Positions 9,867 to 19,790 of a stretch of 64,000 nucleotides of DNA are shown piece by piece. A model generated the notes under the pieces. The model worked only from the letters and a program-made list of their open reading frames with translations, searched no databases and had not been told where the DNA came from. How positions within the stretch are numbered: the first letter of the stretch is position 1; each line of letters starts with the position of its first letter. Origin of the DNA: Anaeromyxobacteraceae bacterium (lineage in GTDB: Bacteria; Myxococcota; Myxococcia; Myxococcales; Anaeromyxobacteraceae); contig JASGHJ010000002.1 of assembly GCA_047602405.1 (NCBI GenBank), forward strand, positions 2,464,001 through 2,528,000. Direction: 5' to 3'. Position numbers and translations under genes: made by a program.

Positions 9867-10913
9867 TCAGGCCGTCGGCGCCGCGCCCGCCACGGACCGC
9901 GCGATGGCCTGCTCCTCCTCGGTCATCTCCGCCGGCACGTCCGCGAAGAGCGGCGTGGAGAGGTAGCGCTCCCCGGTGTCCGGCAGCATGCAGAGGACGT
10001 TGGCGCCCGGCGCGGACTGGCGCGCGACCTCGAGCGCGCCGGCGAAGGTGCCGCCCGAGGTGATGCCGACGAAGAGCCCCTCCCGCACGGCGAGCTCCTT
10101 CGCGCAGCGGAGCGCGTCCGGCCCCGGGATGGCGAGGACGCGATCGATGAGCTTCAGCTCGACCGCGTCGCCCGTCAGCTTGGGGATGAAGTCCGGCGTC
10201 CACCCCTGCATCGGGTGCGGCTTGAAGCTCGGGTGCGGCGCGGACGGGGTGCCGTCGGGCCGGCGCGCCTGGGCCGCGCCGCTGCCGAGGAGCGGCGCGT
10301 CGGCGGGCTCGCAGACGACGATCTTCGTCTCGGGCCGCTCCTTGCGGAGGACCCGGCCCACGCCCTTGAGCGTCCCGCCGGTCCCGTAGCCCGTCACCCA
10401 GGCGTCGAGGCGGATCCCGGCGAAGTCCGCCAGGATCTCCTGCGCCGTGGTGCGCGAGTGGTAGTCCGCGTTCGCCTCGTTCTCGAACTGCCGCGGCATG
10501 AACCAGCCGTTCGCGGCCGCGAGCGCCTCCATCTTCCGGATCATCCCGACCGCCCGCTCCGCCGCCGGGGTGAGCACGACCTTGGCCCCCAGGAACCGCA
10601 TCAGCCGGCGCCGCTCGACGCTGAAGGACTCGGCCATGACGATGACGAGGGGGTAGCCCTTGGCCGCGCAGACCATGGCGAGGCCGATGCCGGTGTTGCC
10701 GCTCGTCGCCTCGATGACGGTCTGGCCCGGCTTCAGCGCGCCCGAGCGCTCCGCGGCCTCGATGACGGCGAGCGCCAGGCGGTCCTTCACCGAGCCGAGC
10801 GGGTTGAAGGACTCGACCTTGACGAAGAGGTTCACGCCGGGTGGAGCGAGGCGGTTGATCCTGACCACGGGCGTCTTGCCGATCGTCTCGAGGATGCTCG
10901 CGTGACGTGCCAT
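9867..10913 (-). CDS. cysK: Cysteine synthase A (O-acetylserine sulfhydrylase)
   Basis: NPLGSVKDR, EATSGNTGIGLA, GTGGT, PDTGERYLST; AGGAGG RBS before ATG at 10913. Confidence 0.92.
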   Translation of the reverse strand: MARHASILETIGKTPVVRINRLAPPGVNLFVKVESFNPLGSVKDRLALAVIEAAERSGALKPGQTVIEATSGNTGIGLAMVCAAKGYPLVIVMAESFSVERRRLMRFLGAKVVLTPAAERAVGMIRKMEALAAANGWFMPRQFENEANADYHSRTTAQEILADFAGIRLDAWVTGYGTGGTLKGVGRVLRKERPETKIVVCEPADAPLLGSGAAQARRPDGTPSAPHPSFKPHPMQGWTPDFIPKLTGDAVELKLIDRVLAIPGPDALRCAKELAVREGLFVGITSGGTFAGALEVARQSAPGANVLCMLPDTGERYLSTPLFADVPAEMTEEEQAIARSVAGAAPTA

Positions 10914-11148
10914 GCCGCACCTCCTGGGCCGCGGCGAGGTCGCCGCGTGGGGCGGCTTCTGTAACGGACGCGGGCCGGGCGGCCAGTCCCCGTGCGGCGT
11001 CAGGTGGGGGGCACCCAACGGCGGCCCCGGCCGCGCCTTTCGGGTCGCCGCCGGGGTCGCGTTCCTCGCCGCGGGGCGCCGCTTCGAGGGCACGCGATCG
11101 GGCGGGCGGTCCTCGGGTGGAGCGTCCTCCCGCTTCCGGCCGGAGGGC

Positions 11149-11298
11149 TCACCCGCCGAACAGGTTCCGCACGAGCGCCTTGCGGCCGCCGGTGAGCTTC
11201 ATGCGCTCGTAGCGGCGGCGCTCGAGCACGTTCCAGGTCGCGACGCCGAGGGCGACCGTGGCGGCGAGTGCGGCGGGGATGGCGAGCTCGATGGGCAT
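11149..11298 (-). CDS. Small single-TM hypothetical protein (49 aa)
   Basis: Manual translation MPIELAIPAALAATVALGVATWNVLERRRYERMKLTGGRKALVRNLFGG; high GC3 codon usage. Confidence 0.6.
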   Translation of the reverse strand: MPIELAIPAALAATVALGVATWNVLERRRYERMKLTGGRKALVRNLFGG

Positions 11299-11310
11299 CG
11301 GTAGAAACGG

Positions 11311-11341
11311 CGACGCCCTCGGACGTGAGCCCGAGGGCGTC
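11311..11341 (-). terminator. Hairpin downstream of tRNA (probable terminator or processing stem)
   Basis: GACGCCCTCGG-N8-CCGAGGGCGTC perfect 11-bp stem followed by a short T run on the minus strand. Confidence 0.55.
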
Positions 11342-11345
11342 TGGT

Positions 11346-11422
<77 letters not shown>

Positions 11423-11572
11423 ATAAAGGTGGCCTCGGGAAGCGCCGAAGCGGAGCGCGGTTCTACTGGTAACCCCCGGGGTGGTCAAGGGGAAAAGCAG
11501 CGGGCTCCCGGCGCAGGCGAGCGCGCCGGTTCTGGGCTACAACATCGTATTCCGACACGAGGTTCCGACGAC

Positions 11573-11866
11573 ATGAAGACCCTCCTCGCAGCCGCCCTGC
11601 TCGTCCTCCCCCTCGCCGCCCTCGCGGGCGACGACAAGCCCGCGGCCCCCGAGAAGCCGGCCCCGGCGGCGCCGGCGAAGCCGGCCGAGGGCGCGTCGGC
11701 GCCCGTGAAGCCGGCGGGCGCGAAGGACGCCCGGGCGAAGCCCGCAGAGGCGAAGCAGGCGAAGCCCGCGGAGGCGAAGCAGACCGCCGACAAGAAGCCC
11801 GCGCCACCGCCGGCCAGGAAGGACGAGAAGCCCTGCGAGCCGGTGAAGCCTTGCTCGATCGACTAA
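11573..11866 (+). CDS. Small secreted Pro/Ala/Lys-rich protein
   Basis: MKTLLAAALLVLPLAALA signal peptide; AKPAEAKQ repeats; C-terminal CEPVKPCSID. Confidence 0.7.
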   Translation: MKTLLAAALLVLPLAALAGDDKPAAPEKPAPAAPAKPAEGASAPVKPAGAKDARAKPAEAKQAKPAEAKQTADKKPAPPPARKDEKPCEPVKPCSID

Positions 11867-12933
11867 ACGACCAATCGCGATCCGGAAACACCGGCCGCGA
11901 GCTTGAGTGAAGGGTTGAGCTTCTTCCGCTGGTTGTAGGCGCGCAGGAAGGCGATGACTTGGACCATCAGTTCCTCGATCGTCTTGCAGCGGTGATTGCG
12001 CGTCACGTTGGCGTGCAGGTCGAGCCACACGCGCTCAATGCGGTTGTCGTCGGGGCAGTACGGGGGCAGGAAGTGCAGCACGACGCGGTCGCCGAACTGG
12101 GCGAGGAAGCGCTTCGTCTTCTTGCTCGAGTGGATGATGTAGTTGTCGAGGATGAGGTGGATGCGCCGCGCGGCGCGGTACTCGCCAAGGAGCTTCCACA
12201 CGAGCTTGTGGAAGAGCTCGCTCGCCTTGGTCGGCGCCTCCACCCAGGTCATCCTGCGGGTCGTGGCGTTGAGCGCACCGGCGACGAACCGCTTCCTGTT
12301 CTGGCCGGGCGTGAGCACGTAGCGCCGGAGCCCTCTCGGCATCCAGTCGCGACCGATCTTCGGGTTGAGATGGACGTCCATCTCGTCCTCGTAGAAGACC
12401 GGCTCCTCCGGCGTGGCGTTCTTGGCGACGCGACGCAACCTCGCCAGCACGCGCTTCCTGCGACCTGTTTCCCAGGGGCAGGCGACCGTCGGCTTCGGCA
12501 TCCTGAGCCGCGCCCCGATCGCGGAGAGCGCCCGGCCCATCGTGCACGGAGCCACTCGCGGGAGCTGGCGCCGCTCCAACTCGCAGCCGAGCAGCTCGCG
12601 GGTCCAGGTCGTGCGCTGCCAGCCGAACTCGGTCGGGACCGAGTGCAGAACCCGCTCGAGCTCTTCCTTGAACCGGAGGTCCACCTTGCGGACGCCGTTG
12701 AAGGCGCGCTGGTCGAGCAGGCCCTCCTCCCCAGCGTCGGCGAACCGCTGCGCCGCCTTCACCACGGTGGACGGGACGCAGGCGAGGTCGCGGGCGACCT
12801 GCTGTCGAGAGAGTCCTTGTCCGAGCTTGGCGATCATGAGGAAGCGGAGGGCGGTGTGCGGGTCCTTGGTCTTCTTGGCGCGGCGGATCAGTCTGCGTCG
12901 CACGGCACGATCGAGCCGCGGTATGTTGTGCAC
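11863..12933 (-). CDS. IS630 family DDE transposase
   Basis: N-terminal HTH; FYEDE, LILDNYIIH, LPPYCPDDNRIERVW. Confidence 0.95.
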   Translation of the reverse strand: MHNIPRLDRAVRRRLIRRAKKTKDPHTALRFLMIAKLGQGLSRQQVARDLACVPSTVVKAAQRFADAGEEGLLDQRAFNGVRKVDLRFKEELERVLHSVPTEFGWQRTTWTRELLGCELERRQLPRVAPCTMGRALSAIGARLRMPKPTVACPWETGRRKRVLARLRRVAKNATPEEPVFYEDEMDVHLNPKIGRDWMPRGLRRYVLTPGQNRKRFVAGALNATTRRMTWVEAPTKASELFHKLVWKLLGEYRAARRIHLILDNYIIHSSKKTKRFLAQFGDRVVLHFLPPYCPDDNRIERVWLDLHANVTRNHRCKTIEELMVQVIAFLRAYNQRKKLNPSLKLAAGVSGSRLVV

Positions 12934-13061
12934 GGGAAGGTCTCCTCCGAGTTCGCTGCTGGTCTCGCAACCGCAACGATCGATGGGTTGACCTTCCCTT
13001 TCAACTTTCTCCCTGCGGTCCGCGGCCTTGCCGCTGATCGCGAATCACGAACGGTCGTTTA
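11864..13061 (-). mobile_element. IS630 family insertion sequence (coordinates include the duplicated TA)
   Basis: TA at 11864-11865 and 13060-13061; imperfect terminal IRs AACGACCAATCGCGATCCG / AACGACCGTTCGTGATTCG (revcomp); lower GC than flanks. Confidence 0.9.
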
Positions 13062-13082
13062 GCCCGGAGCCGCCGCCCGAAC

Positions 13083-14237
13083 ATGCCCCGCCGCGACACC
13101 GCCGCCCCGCCCAGCCCGCCCACCCCGCCCTCTCCCCGCCGCCTGTTCGCGGCGGCGCTCGCGCTGTCGCTCGGCGGCCTCGTCGTCGCCGGCATGCTCG
13201 TGCGCGTGCACGTCAACGCACACGCGGGCCTCACGAGCTTCTGCGACCTCGGCGAGCACTTCAGCTGCGACACCGTGGCGCTGTCGCCCTACTCCATCGT
13301 GCTCGGGCTGCCGATCGCGGTGTGGGGCGTCATCGGCTACCTCGCGTTCACCGCGCTCTCGGTGATGGGGCTCCTCTCGAGGAAGCCGCACCCGACCTGG
13401 CCGGCCGGGCTCCTCTTCCTCCTCTCCGCCGTGTCGCTCGCGGGCGCGCTCGTGCTCGCCTACGTCTCCGAGTTCGTCATCCGGAGCTTCTGCATCATGT
13501 GCGCGGCCTCCTGGACCCTCACCCTCGCGCTGCTCGTCGTCTCGGTGCTCGCGTGCCGCGGCGCCGGCCTCGCGGGCGCCGTCGCGAGCGACCTCGGCGT
13601 GCTCCGCGCGCGGCCGGCCTTCGCGGTCGGCGGCGTGGTGGCGCTGCTCGCGCTCGCGGGCGTCGCCCGCGCCGCCTATCCCCGCTACTGGGAGAAGCCG
13701 CCGAGGCCGGCCACCGCCGTCCGCCCCGCGCTGACGCCGGTCGTCGCCCCGGGGCAGAGGCCGCCCGCGCCCGGGGCGGAGACCGTCGTCGTCGAGTACA
13801 GCGACTTCGAGTGCCCGTTCTGCGCCGTCGCGCACGAGCAGATGAAGGGCGTCATGGCGCTGAAGCCCGGCCTGCGGGTCGTGCAGCGGCACTTCCCGCT
13901 CTCGTCGGAGTGCAACCCGGCGCTCAACCGCGTGATGCACGAGAAGGCCTGCGAGTACGCGCGGGCCGCCATCTGCGCCGAGTCGATGGGCAAGGGCGAC
14001 GAGATGGAGGACGCGCTCTTCGGGCTGCAGAAGCAGAAGGAGCCGCTCGAGGCGGTCGTGAAGCGGCTCGGGCTCGACCCGGCGCGGTTCGACGCGTGCC
14101 TCGCCTCGCCGCAGACGAAGGACCGGCTCGCGAGCGACGTCGCGGAGGGGCAGCGCGTCGGGATCCGGGCCACGCCGACCTTCTTCTTCAACGGGAAGGC
14201 GTACCCGGGGAAGATCCCGGACGAGCTGCTGCAGTAG
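13083..14237 (+). CDS. VKOR (vitamin K epoxide reductase) - DsbA-like thioredoxin fusion
   Basis: FCDLGEHFSCDTV and FCIMC in the TM part; YSDFECPFC and ATPTFF in the C-terminal domain. Confidence 0.9.
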   Translation: MPRRDTAAPPSPPTPPSPRRLFAAALALSLGGLVVAGMLVRVHVNAHAGLTSFCDLGEHFSCDTVALSPYSIVLGLPIAVWGVIGYLAFTALSVMGLLSRKPHPTWPAGLLFLLSAVSLAGALVLAYVSEFVIRSFCIMCAASWTLTLALLVVSVLACRGAGLAGAVASDLGVLRARPAFAVGGVVALLALAGVARAAYPRYWEKPPRPATAVRPALTPVVAPGQRPPAPGAETVVVEYSDFECPFCAVAHEQMKGVMALKPGLRVVQRHFPLSSECNPALNRVMHEKACEYARAAICAESMGKGDEMEDALFGLQKQKEPLEAVVKRLGLDPARFDACLASPQTKDRLASDVAEGQRVGIRATPTFFFNGKAYPGKIPDELLQ

Positions 14238-14243
14238 GCGCAG

Positions 14244-15582
14244 GTGACCGTCACCGCCGTCGTCCTCCTGCCGTTCCCGGCGCTCCTCGCCTGGCTGGCC
14301 TGGCGGCTGGTGCGCGGGCTCGAGCCCCACGAGCGGGCGGTGGTGCTCGCGGGCGCGGCGCTCGCGGCGGCCTCGGCGCTCCTCTCCCCGTCGCTCCCGC
14401 AGAACGACGCCTGGACGCACTACCTCCACCTGCGCGAGGGGCTCCTCGATCCGTCGGAGCTCCTCGAATCCCTGGGACCGGCCGGGCTTCACGCTCCTGT
14501 ACGCCTCGGCCTCCACCTTCGGCATCCACGCGGCGCGGCTCGTCTCGGTCGTGCTCGCCGCGATCGCGGCGGCCGGGACCCTCCGCGCGGCGCGCGGGCT
14601 CGGGCTGCCGCACGCGTGGCTCGCGGCGCCGTTCCTGCTCGTGCAGCACGACGTCTTCGGACAGGCGGGCTCCACGATGACCGAGCTGCCGTTCGCGGCG
14701 GCGTTCGCGGTGGCGGTCGTGGGCGTCGTCGAGCGGCGGCCGTGGGTGGCCGCGGCGGCGCTCTTCTGGTGCGGGCTCACGCGGCCGGAGGGGCCCGTGT
14801 ACGCCGCGCTCGGGGCGGCGTGGCTCCTGGTCGCGGAGCGGCGGCTCCTCCCGGCCGCGGTGGCGGTGCTCGGGTTCCCGCTGCACGCGGGCGTGGGCGC
14901 GGCGCTGCACGGGGACCTCCTCTGGATCGTGCACGCCAACCCGTACCGCGGCATGCTCGGCCACCGCTTCGAGGTCTCGCAGCTGTGGGAGAGCTGGTTC
15001 TTCGAGGCGATGCGGCTCGGGCAGCCGCCGGCGCTCCGGGCGCTCGAGGTCGCGGGCATGGTGGCGGGCCTCCGTGAGCTCGTCCGGACCCGGACCTCCC
15101 GCGTCGCCTTCCTGATCGTCCCGGTCGTCGCCGCCTACCTCCTCCTCACCTTCCTGCGCATCGGGCTCAACGACGCCTGGCGCGAGAGCCGGTACCTCGT
15201 CGCCATCGCGCCCGCGCTCGCGCTCCTCGCGCTCGCCGGGCTCGACGCGCTGCTCGCGGTCGCGCCCCGCCCCGTCTCGGCGGCGTTCCTGTACGTCGCG
15301 GGCTGGTCGGCGGTCTGGGAGATCGCGTGGCACTGGCGGCCGCTCGGGGCGGCGGCGCCGCCGGACGTGGCGCCGCTCGCCTACGCCGTCGCGATCGCGG
15401 GGGCGCTCGCCGGGCTCCTCACACCGCGGGTCCCTGTCCGGGCCGCCCTCGGGCTGCTCATGGCCCTGCCGGTCGCGCTCGCCCCGCCGGGTGCCTGGGC
15501 GAAGCACCGGCCGGGGCAGGTGCCCGACCACTTCGACCCGGGCGGCGCGGCGCCGCTCACCTCGCCGGCGCTCGGGCGCTGA
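14244..15582 (+). CDS. Multi-pass membrane protein, probable GT-C-fold glycosyltransferase (frameshift at ~14468)
   Basis: QNDAWTHY...LDPWDRPGFTLLY after removing one A; MTELPF, LTRPEG, RYLVAIAP motifs. Confidence 0.6.
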
Positions 15583-15595
15583 TACACTGTCCGGC

Positions 15596-16120
15596 ATGGC
15601 CGACCTCGTCCTCACCCTCATCGGACCCGACCGCCCGGGCATCGTGGAGTCCGTCGCCGGCCCCGTCGCCGCGCACGGCGGCAGCTGGCTCGAGAGCCGG
15701 ATGGCCCAGCTCGCCGGGCAGTTCGCGGGCATCCTGCGCGTCGAGGTCCCGGACGCGCGGGTGAGCGAGCTCATCCAGGCCCTGCGCGCGCTCGAGGCGA
15801 AGGGCCTGCGGCTCGTGGTGGAGTCGACGCCGCGGGCGCCCGAGCCGCGCGAGCGGCGGCCGCTCGAGCTCGACCTCGTCGGCCTCGACCGGCCCGGCAT
15901 CGTGCGGGAGATCGCCCGCGCCCTCGCCGATCACGGCGTGAACATCGAGGAGCTCGTCACCGACCGGGTCGACGCGCCGATGTCGGGCGAGAAGCTTTTC
16001 CGCACCCGCGCGCACCTCACGGTGCCGAAGGGCGCCGACGCGGCGAAGCTGCAGGCCACGCTCGAGAAGGTCGCGGCGGACCTGTCGGTCGAGCTGACGC
16101 TGGCGGAGCCGGGGAAGTAG
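15596..16120 (+). CDS. gcvR: Tandem ACT-domain protein, glycine cleavage repressor GcvR-like
   Basis: LTLIGPDRPGIV and VGLDRPGIVREI ACT repeats. Confidence 0.8.
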   Translation: MADLVLTLIGPDRPGIVESVAGPVAAHGGSWLESRMAQLAGQFAGILRVEVPDARVSELIQALRALEAKGLRLVVESTPRAPEPRERRPLELDLVGLDRPGIVREIARALADHGVNIEELVTDRVDAPMSGEKLFRTRAHLTVPKGADAAKLQATLEKVAADLSVELTLAEPGK

Positions 16121-16178
16121 CCGGGGCGTCCCTCGTCTTCGGCCCGCCGATGGCGGGCCTACGCTCGGGACGAACGGG

Positions 16179-17022
16179 CTATCTGGACATGAGCGACTTC
16201 AGGGCCGCCGGCAGCGCGAGCACGGCCGCGAGGGCGACCATGGTGGCGCCGGTCGGCAGCTCGAGCAGCCACGAGAGCACGTAGCCGCCCGCGGCGGAGG
16301 CGACCCCGAGGCCGGCGGCGGCCAGGAACGCGGTCCGGAACCGCAGCCCGAGCCCCAGCGCGGCGGTCGCGGGCAGCGTCAGGAACGCGAAGACCGGCAG
16401 CGCCCCCACCGACCGCGCCGTGGGCGGGATGGCGAGGCCGATGGTCAGGAACAGCACCGCGTCCCACCGGCGCACGTTCACGCCGACCGCCTGCGCGCTC
16501 TCGCCGTCGAACGACGCGAACGCGATCTCCTTCGCGAAGAGGCACGTGCAGGGCGAGGCACACCCCGGCGACCACGAGCGTGAAGACGAGGTCGCTCACC
16601 GGCACCGCGACCGCGTTGCCGAAGAGGATGCCGCCGAGATCGTGGGCGGCGTGCACGAGCTGGGAGATGCCGAGCACCACGAGGGCGGAGGCGACCACCC
16701 AGGCCGTGCCGACGGCCGCCTCGGCGGGCAGCCGGCGCGGGCGGAAGGCCCCCAGCACGAGCGCGCCCACGACGGCGAACACGAGCGCCACCACGAGCTG
16801 CTCGGTCGGGTGCTCGGTCTCGACGTGGAACCGCTCCTCGAGGAGCAGCGTCGCGACCAGGCCGAGCGTCGAGAGCTGGGTGAGCGCCGCCGACACGAAG
16901 ACCGTCCGGCGGAGCACGACGTAGACGCCGAGCGCCCCGAGGAGCGCGCCCGCCGCGATCGACGCCGCGAGCGGCACCTGCCACAGCTCGCGCGCCGCGA
17001 GGAAGTCCTGGAGGCCGTTCAC
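16179..17022 (-). CDS. Zn/Mn metal ABC transporter permease (frameshift at ~16541)
   Basis: GVYVVLRRTVFVSAAL, LFGN; C-terminal part VGALPVFAFLTLPA...PTGATMV in the adjacent frame. Confidence 0.85.
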
Positions 17023-17780
17023 GGGCGGGCCTCCGAGACCGGGTAGACGAACCGCTTGCCGTCCACCTCGCGCACCGCGACCGGGCGCCCGTAGAGCGCC
17101 CCGAGCGCCTCGGGGACGAGCATCTCGGCCGTCGCGCCGACGCGGAAGAGCGGCTTGTCCTTGTCCACGAAGGCGAGCCGCGCGGGCGCGGAGGCCACGG
17201 TGTCGAGCCGGTGCGAGACCATCACGATCGCGAGGCCCCCGCCCCCGTGGAGGTCCTTCAGGAAGTCGGTGAGGGCGAGCTCGGCGGCGGGGTCCATGCC
17301 GCTCGTGGGCTCGTCGAGCACGAGGAGCTCCGGCTCGGCCGCCAGCGCCCGCGCGATGAGCGTGCGCTGGCGCTGGCCGCCGGAGAGCTCGCCGAACTGC
17401 TTTTCGGCGACGTGCGAGAGCCCCACCCGCTCGAGCGCGTGGGCCGCGGCCGCCCGGTCCGCCGCGCCGAGCCGCCGGAGCGGCCCCGCGAGCGCGGTCC
17501 GCCCCTGGAGCACCACCTCGGCCGCGGTGAACGGCCAGGCGGTGTCGACGTGCTCGCGCTGCGGGACGTAGCCGACCCGCACCGGCCGCGGCCGGTCGAG
17601 CCGGCCATGGACGAGGGGGATGGCCCCGATGAGCGTGCGGACGAGGGTGGTCTTGCCGCCGCCGTTCGGGCCGACGACCGCGAGGAAGTCGCCCTCCGGG
17701 ATGGCGAGGTCGATCCCATCGAGGAGCGGGCGCCGGCCGTGGCCGATGGCCGCGCCGGCGAGCGAGACGAGGTGGCTCAC
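17019..17780 (-). CDS. Metal ABC transporter ATP-binding protein
   Basis: GPNGGGKTT, GYVPQ, LSGGQRQR, LDEPT. Confidence 0.92.
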   Translation of the reverse strand: MSHLVSLAGAAIGHGRRPLLDGIDLAIPEGDFLAVVGPNGGGKTTLVRTLIGAIPLVHGRLDRPRPVRVGYVPQREHVDTAWPFTAAEVVLQGRTALAGPLRRLGAADRAAAAHALERVGLSHVAEKQFGELSGGQRQRTLIARALAAEPELLVLDEPTSGMDPAAELALTDFLKDLHGGGGLAIVMVSHRLDTVASAPARLAFVDKDKPLFRVGATAEMLVPEALGALYGRPVAVREVDGKRFVYPVSEARP

Positions 17781-18682
17781 TTCAGCGCCTCCGCCACCCG
17801 CTTCACGATTGCGTCCAGGAAGGCCTCGTAGGTCTTCACGCCCGCCTCGCCCCCGACCTCGCCCGGGATCGCGACGACCTTCGCGCCGGAGTGGCTCGCG
17901 ACGACGTCGGCCGACTTCCGGTCGTAGAAGTTCTCGACCACGATGGCCTTCACGCCCTGGCGCTTCGCGATCTCGACGAGCTCGGCGAGGTGCCCGGGCG
18001 GCGGCGGCACGCCGGGCCTGGGCTCCAGCTCGCCGGCCGACACGAGCCCGGACCAGTCGAGGAAGTACGTGAAGGTCCGGTGCTGGGTGAAGATCGGCCT
18101 CCCCTTCACCGGCGCGAGCTCCGCCTTCCAGCGCGCGAGCGCCTGGTCCATGCGGCCGGAGAAGGCCTTCGCGCGCTCCTGGTAGGCCTGGGCCTTCCCC
18201 GGGTCGAGCTCGGCGAGCCTCGCGGCGATGGCGCTCGCGACCTGCGCGGCCCGGCGCGGGTCGGTGAGGAAGTGCGGGTTGCCGGCGGGGTGGAGGTCGC
18301 CCCGGCTGCGGTCGACGGGGCCGCTCGGCTGGTCGAGCACGCTCACGGCCGAGGCGGCGGTGAGCCGGCGCTTCCCGCCCGGGAGGATGTCGGCGTTGCG
18401 CGACTGCACGACGAGCGGCGGCAGCCAGCCGATCTCGAGGTCGAGGCCGACGTCGACGAGGAGGTCGGCGTTGCGCAGCTTCACGGTGAGGATGGGGTTC
18501 GCGTCGACGAAGTGCGGGTCCTGGATGCCCTTCGCGAGCGACTCGACCTTCGCGTCGGGGCCGGCGACCTCGGTCGCGAGCGCGGCGAGGGTCTCGGTGG
18601 TGGTGACGACCTTCGGGGCCGCCGCGGTGGCGAGCGGCAGCGCGAGCAGGGCGGCGAGGACGGCGAGCTTCCTGGGGTGCAT
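17777..18682 (-). CDS. Metal ABC transporter substrate-binding protein (ZnuA/TroA family)
   Basis: Signal peptide; DPHF, GDLHPAGNPHFLTDP, H..F.YF, E..PGVPP. Confidence 0.9.
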   Translation of the reverse strand: MHPRKLAVLAALLALPLATAAAPKVVTTTETLAALATEVAGPDAKVESLAKGIQDPHFVDANPILTVKLRNADLLVDVGLDLEIGWLPPLVVQSRNADILPGGKRRLTAASAVSVLDQPSGPVDRSRGDLHPAGNPHFLTDPRRAAQVASAIAARLAELDPGKAQAYQERAKAFSGRMDQALARWKAELAPVKGRPIFTQHRTFTYFLDWSGLVSAGELEPRPGVPPPPGHLAELVEIAKRQGVKAIVVENFYDRKSADVVASHSGAKVVAIPGEVGGEAGVKTYEAFLDAIVKRVAEALK

Positions 18683-18693
18683 GGCGTTGGCTC

Positions 18694-19731
18694 CTAGAAC
18701 GGGTGCGCGCCGTGCGCGCCGATGCCGAACTCGAGGTTGAGGAGGGCGGTGAGGGCGTGCGCGCCGCCCGGCAGGGCGTCGCGCGAGACCTCGAGGCGGA
18801 TCCGCTCGAACTCCGACGGCAGCCAGGCGAGCAGGCCGACCACGCGCTCGGCGTCGCCGCCCTCGGCCGGGGCGCGCTCGTACCGCGCGCCCGCGCCGTG
18901 GTACGGCCCGAACCGGTAGAAGGCCTGCGCCCACCAGCCCTGCTCGAAGGACTCCGACACCGCCGGGACGTTCACGAACCGCCGGGCGTAGAGCTCCGCC
19001 GAAACGGTCAGGTAGGAGCGCGAGTCGGGCGGGCGGACCTTGAGGAACAGATCGGCCCCCGCGAGGTCGCGGAACTGGCCGGGCGCCTCGTCGCGGCGCG
19101 CGGCCGAGAGGCCGAGCCCGAGCGTGGCGCCGTCGCCCACCTCGAAGAACTGGGCGAGCCGGGCGGTGCCGGTGAGGCGCGCGGCGTCGGCGGCGGTCGG
19201 GGCGGTGCTCTGGGCGGCGAGGTGCAGCTCCGCGAACCAGGGCGTCGGCACGAGCCAGGAGACGTCCACGCCGGCGCCCGACAGCGACTCCTCGGCGAGG
19301 AGGCCCACCGCGAGCGGCCCCTCGAGGAACTCCTGCACGTGCGGGTGGGTCTGGTTGAGGCGCCCGAAGGGCGTCTTGAACTTGCCGGCCTTGAGCTGCA
19401 GGCCGGCCGGGAGCGCGAGCGAGGTGACGTAGGCCTCCTCGACGGAGACCTCCCCGGACGAGAACGAGATGAACGCGTCGGCGCGGAGGTAGGGATTGAC
19501 CACGGCCTGCAGGCCGAGCTCGAGCTCCTCGAACCTGAACTCGGGCTTCTTCGTCCGGTCGTCCCAGGCGAGCGACACGTTGCCGATGGCGGAGATGTCC
19601 GGGAGCATCAGCACCCGGGCGAAGGGGTTGCCGCCCTGCGCGGGCGGGGTGGAGGAGGGATCCTGGGCGAGGACGCTGCCGGCTTGTGCGGCGAGCAGGG
19701 CCACGAGGGCCCCGCGGAGGAACGGGTGCAT
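18694..19731 (-). CDS. Zinc-regulated outer-membrane beta-barrel protein/receptor
   Basis: PDISAIG, FGRLNQTHPH, PSEF, C-terminal IGAHGAHPF; first gene of the metal ABC operon. Confidence 0.75.
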   Translation of the reverse strand: MHPFLRGALVALLAAQAGSVLAQDPSSTPPAQGGNPFARVLMLPDISAIGNVSLAWDDRTKKPEFRFEELELGLQAVVNPYLRADAFISFSSGEVSVEEAYVTSLALPAGLQLKAGKFKTPFGRLNQTHPHVQEFLEGPLAVGLLAEESLSGAGVDVSWLVPTPWFAELHLAAQSTAPTAADAARLTGTARLAQFFEVGDGATLGLGLSAARRDEAPGQFRDLAGADLFLKVRPPDSRSYLTVSAELYARRFVNVPAVSESFEQGWWAQAFYRFGPYHGAGARYERAPAEGGDAERVVGLLAWLPSEFERIRLEVSRDALPGGAHALTALLNLEFGIGAHGAHPF

Positions 19732-19790
19732 GGAGGTCTCCGGGCGCGCGCGGGCGCCGCGAACGTGGTCGGGATGGACGGAGGGCCCGA

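Noticed and set aside
10914..11148. Possible SAM/SAH riboswitch upstream of cysK
   Set aside because: GC-rich stems are present, but I could not match the conserved riboswitch cores; needs an Rfam scan.
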